Assembly: GCA_965232515.1 (NCBI GenBank)
Contig: CBDDPY010000002.1
Coordinates: 992,001-1,056,000, forward strand
DNA from: Alphaproteobacteria bacterium
Lineage (GTDB): Bacteria; Pseudomonadota; Alphaproteobacteria; GCA-2731375
Reading direction: 5' to 3'
DNA length: 64,000 nt
Shown one piece after another: positions 60,618-64,000 of the stretch. The position numbers and the translations under genes were made by a program. A model generated the notes under the pieces. The model saw nothing but the letters and a program-made list of their open reading frames with translations. It did not search any database and had not been told where the DNA came from. Every line of letters starts with the position of its first letter. The first letter of the stretch is position 1.

Positions 60618-60712
60618 CTGCCTGACCGTGTGCTCTTTTTTCTTGCCAATCCGCCGTCGAGATCGATCTCATATCACAGCTTTATGCGCCCAGCGAAGGG
60701 AAGGTCCGACCC

Positions 60713-61153
60713 ATGCCGCGGATGCTGTCGTCTTTGATCGTCTGTCTTGCTCTGCTTTTCGGAGCCTCGCACGTGGTGCGTGCCGATCCGGCCGGCGTCA
60801 CCGCGGCCGACCGCGCCGCTATGCAGAACGTGATCCAGCAACAGATGGATGCCTTCCGACGTGACGATGGCCAGACGGCGTTTTCGTTCGCATCGCCGGA
60901 TATCCGCCGCATGTTTCAGACGCCCGAGACCTTCATGTCGATGGTGCGGCAGGGCTACGCCCCGGTCTATCGTCCACGCGAGGTCGAGTTCCGCGAGGTT
61001 ATCGAACGCGACGGAAAGGTCGTTCAGCGGGTCTACGTGGTCGGGCCGGACGGCGTACCGGTTATTGCGCTCTACATAATGGAACGACAGTCGAACGGCA
61101 TCTGGAAAATCGGTGGTTGCACACTGTTGAAGTCGGATGACGTGACGGCATAG
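60713..61153 (+). CDS. DUF4864-like exported protein
   Basis: Signal peptide; VI.QQ.DAF..DD...AFSFASP.I...F..P..FM.MV..GY..V.RP. Confidence 0.82.
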   Translation: MPRMLSSLIVCLALLFGASHVVRADPAGVTAADRAAMQNVIQQQMDAFRRDDGQTAFSFASPDIRRMFQTPETFMSMVRQGYAPVYRPREVEFREVIERDGKVVQRVYVVGPDGVPVIALYIMERQSNGIWKIGGCTLLKSDDVTA

Positions 61154-61215
61154 CATTCGCTAATATTCGGCCTTTCCGCTGCGTTAACTATGTTTGAAAA
61201 AATTGTCCTCTGACG

Positions 61216-61244
61216 TGATCCGGATTGGCTGGCCTGTCGTAAGA
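61216..61244 (+). promoter_or_regulatory. ECF11/RpoE-type promoter
   Basis: TGATCC (61216-61221), 16 nt spacer, CGTAAGA (61238-61244), about 55 nt before the chrR ATG. Confidence 0.75.
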
Positions 61245-61299
61245 GGATTACCTGCGAAATTGCCTCGGGCTACGGCCCGACCCATGGCGTGTTGAGTAG

Positions 61300-61959
61300 A
61301 TGCCGACACATCATTTGAGCGACGAACTGCTGCTGGACTATGCCGCCGGCAACCTGGATGCGATGACCGGCATGCTGGTCGCGACACATCTTGCATTGTG
61401 CCCGAGTTGCCGGGCGGCCGTGGCTGATTTCGACCGGTTCGGCGGTTCGCTGCTGGAGACGTTACCGGCGGCAGATCTGACCGATGGCGCGCTCGATCGC
61501 GCGATGACGGCTATCGACGGCGTGCCTGTCGAGCCACCGCGTGCGACCGGAACCGCAAGCGGTCATCCCACCGCCGATTTGCTGCCGCGGCCGTTGCGCG
61601 ACGTAGTCGGCGACGACGTTGCGGCGCTCGACTGGCGCCGCCGGTTTCCGGGCGTTCAGGAAGTCTTTATCGCCACATCGCCGGATGGGCCGACAGCATC
61701 CCTGCTGCGCATTCAGGCCGGGCGCGCGGTACCACGACACACCCACCAGGGCGAAGAATACACGATGGTGCTGAGCGGCGGGTTCACCGACCATCTTGGC
61801 AGCTTTCGGCGTGGAGATGTGGCGATCACCGACGATACGGTTCAGCATCGTCCGGTCGCGGACCTGGACGGCGATTGCCTATGTCTCGCCGTCACCGACG
61901 CGCCGCTGCATTTCTCCGGACCGCTGGGATGGCTGATCAATCCGTTCCTGCGCGCCTGA
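61300..61959 (+). CDS. chrR: ChrR-family anti-sigma factor
   Basis: HH....L.DYAAG.L....HLALCPSC (ZAS motif) plus cupin domain H.H.G.E...H.P. Confidence 0.92.
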   Translation: MPTHHLSDELLLDYAAGNLDAMTGMLVATHLALCPSCRAAVADFDRFGGSLLETLPAADLTDGALDRAMTAIDGVPVEPPRATGTASGHPTADLLPRPLRDVVGDDVAALDWRRRFPGVQEVFIATSPDGPTASLLRIQAGRAVPRHTHQGEEYTMVLSGGFTDHLGSFRRGDVAITDDTVQHRPVADLDGDCLCLAVTDAPLHFSGPLGWLINPFLRA

Positions 61960-62046
61960 CCGACCGTCGGGGCCGGATTGACGTCTGCGGCCTCGCATGC
62001 AAATCAATGCCCATGATCGGACCCGCCCTACCGGGAGGAGACCAAG

Positions 62047-62730
62047 GTGCGCGCACGTAGCTCACATCTCTTTTCCGCCGTCGGCGTTTTCCTGGCCATT
62101 GCCATCGCCATAACGGCAACGGCCGTCTCGGCGCAGAGCAATGCGCCGACGACGGACAAACTCGCCTTCGAGGTGCTGCGCAAGGGTAAGCCAATCGGCA
62201 CGCACACGATCGCGTTCAAGCCGAACGGCGATGCGTTGCAGGTCGACATCGATATCAGGCTCGACGTCAAGTTCCTGATGTTCAACGCCTACAGCTATCG
62301 GCATAGAAACCAGGAGCTCTGGCGCGACGGCCGCCTGGTTCAGATCGAGACAAAGACCGACGACGACGGCGAGAGCTTCTTCGTCGAAGGCCGCGCCAAC
62401 GGCAAGGGCTTCGAGGTGAACGGCAGCGGCGGCGACGCAGTCGCCCCGGCGGACATCATCCCCACCAGTTACTGGGATCCGGCGATCGTGAAGCAGGACA
62501 AGCTGCTGAACACGCAGACCGGCGAGCTGATGGAGGTGTCGGTCGAACCCGGCGACGAGACCGAAATCGTTGTTGGGGATAAGACGGTCGACGCCCGGCA
62601 CTACGTGATGTCCGGGGACCTCGATCTGGAGCTCTGGTACGATCCGGCCGGCACGCTGAAACGAATCCGCTTCGAAGCCAGCGACGGATCGACCATCGAC
62701 TACCGGGCGATGGTGCCGGGGCAAGGGTGA
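62047..62730 (+). CDS. DUF6134-like exported protein
   Basis: Signal peptide; F.V.R.GK.IG.H, Y.Y.H...E.W..G.L, PTSYW, LNTQTG. Confidence 0.78.
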   Translation: MRARSSHLFSAVGVFLAIAIAITATAVSAQSNAPTTDKLAFEVLRKGKPIGTHTIAFKPNGDALQVDIDIRLDVKFLMFNAYSYRHRNQELWRDGRLVQIETKTDDDGESFFVEGRANGKGFEVNGSGGDAVAPADIIPTSYWDPAIVKQDKLLNTQTGELMEVSVEPGDETEIVVGDKTVDARHYVMSGDLDLELWYDPAGTLKRIRFEASDGSTIDYRAMVPGQG

Positions 62731-62754
62731 TCGAAGCGGTGCACCGGACGCGTA

Positions 62755-63507
62755 ATGCGGGGTAGCGGTTGCGTCTGGATTACCGGCGCCAGCACCGGCC
62801 TCGGCCGTGCTATCGCATTACGTTTCGCTGCCGCCGGTCATCGCGTCGCGGCATCCGCCCGCGGTCTTGAGCAACTGCAATCGCTTGCTGACGACGCTGA
62901 AGGCGAGGTGACTCCCAAGCCGCTCGACGTCACCGACCGCGCAGCGACCGCCGCGACGATCGCCGAGATCGAGGAAACCTGCGGTCCAATCGACATCGCC
63001 ATCCTCAACGCCGGCACCCATCTGCCGATGGCGGCCGACAAATACAACGCCGATACCGTGGCGAAGCTGCTCGAGGTCAACGTCATGGGGGTCGCGCACG
63101 GGCTGGAGGCCCTGTTGCCGCGCATGATCGAGCGCCGCGCCGGTACCGTCGCCGTGGTCTCGTCCGTCGCCGGCTATCGCGGCCTGCCAACAGCCGCTGC
63201 CTATGGCGCCAGCAAGGCCGCGCTGATCAACATGTGCGAGAGTCTGAAGCTGGAGCTGGACCAGCACGGCGTACGGCTGGTGCTGATCAACCCGGGCTTC
63301 ATCGACACGCCGCTGACGGCCAAGAATCCATTCCCGATGCCATTCCTGATGCCGGCGGACAAAGCGGCCGAGCGGGTCTATCGCGGCCTGATCCACGGCA
63401 GCGGCTTCGAGATCACCTTTCCGCGCCGGTTCACCTGGATGCTGAAGTTTTTGCGCATGCTGCCGTATCGGCTGTATTTCGCGGCAACGCGGAAGACGGT
63501 GCCGTGA
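62755..63507 (+). CDS. Short-chain dehydrogenase/reductase
   Basis: WITGASTGLG, SSVAGYRGLP, YGASK, PGFIDTPLT.KN.FPMP. Confidence 0.92.
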   Translation: MRGSGCVWITGASTGLGRAIALRFAAAGHRVAASARGLEQLQSLADDAEGEVTPKPLDVTDRAATAATIAEIEETCGPIDIAILNAGTHLPMAADKYNADTVAKLLEVNVMGVAHGLEALLPRMIERRAGTVAVVSSVAGYRGLPTAAAYGASKAALINMCESLKLELDQHGVRLVLINPGFIDTPLTAKNPFPMPFLMPADKAAERVYRGLIHGSGFEITFPRRFTWMLKFLRMLPYRLYFAATRKTVP

Positions 63508-63950
63508 CGGCTGCCAGTCTCGACGCGGCGGTGGCCGCCTACGAGGTCTACTTCGCCGGTCTGACGCCCGAGACGGTGGCCGATCTGCGCGATCTCGCCG
63601 CGGCCGACATGCGGTTCCGCGATCCCTTCAACGACGTACAAGGCGTCGAAAAGGTCATCCGCCTGCTGCTGATGTCGTTCGAGGACACCGAGGGCATGCG
63701 GTTCGAATTCATCGACCGGGCGGTCTCGGACCACGTCTGCTATTACCGCTGGCGTTGTCTGTTCACGCCGAAACGCATGCCGAAGTCCGGCATCTGGACC
63801 TTCGACGGCATGAGCGAGGTGGCGTTCGATCCGCAAGGGCGGGTGGTCTCCCACATCGACCACTGGGATGCGTCAACCCAGTTCTATGCCCGGCTGCCGG
63901 TCGTCGGCAGCCTGATCCGCCTGGTGCGCCGCCGCCTCGCTGTCGACTAA
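63504..63950 (+). CDS. SnoaL-like/NTF2 family protein
   Basis: FRDPFNDVQG and H.DHWDA..QFY..LP..G; GTG start overlaps the SDR stop. Confidence 0.88.
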   Translation: MTAASLDAAVAAYEVYFAGLTPETVADLRDLAAADMRFRDPFNDVQGVEKVIRLLLMSFEDTEGMRFEFIDRAVSDHVCYYRWRCLFTPKRMPKSGIWTFDGMSEVAFDPQGRVVSHIDHWDASTQFYARLPVVGSLIRLVRRRLAVD

Positions 63951-64000
63951 GCGGCCGCCGTCTGGGCCGCGGCGCGACGGTCGATCCGGGCGCGCAGCCG

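Overview
High-GC (roughly 65-70% by eye) alphaproteobacterial chromosome segment, probably Rhodospirillales-like, judged from the conserved metC-aapJQMP, cysK-alaX-sseA, tRNA-Pro/ETC-complex-I-subunit/tRNA-Arg and chrR neighbourhoods. From left to right: mrpE-mrpF, a tandem cold-shock protein, a TPP-riboswitch thiZXY transporter, a metal cassette (CDF-like transporter plus ArsR/SmtB and a 55-aa SmtA-type metallothionein missing from the ORF track), a Ser/Thr kinase-nSTAND1-WD40 giant with a secreted partner and a divergent class III cyclase-FHA gene, N,N-dimethylformamidase-like subunits, a pentapeptide-repeat protein, a PEP-CTERM gene with a sigma54/enhancer promoter between two paralogous LuxR genes, and an alpha-carbonic anhydrase. 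The most striking feature is a ~21.5 kb array (23730-45291) of six co-oriented chemoreceptor genes. They share a near-identical core of two Aer2-type PAS domains, a signalling domain and a WEEF-like tail, but carry five different types of periplasmic sensor (HBM-like, 4HB twice, NIT, c-type-heme CxxCH, dCache), with a mosaic pattern of shared variants. A LOV-GGDEF gene, two tRNAs and an Imm33-like pseudogene interrupt the array. The right arm is mostly housekeeping and ends in an orphan chrR with an ECF11-type promoter but no rpoE. No CRISPR array, integrase or transposase was seen. All family calls are from motif recognition by eye; no database search was run.
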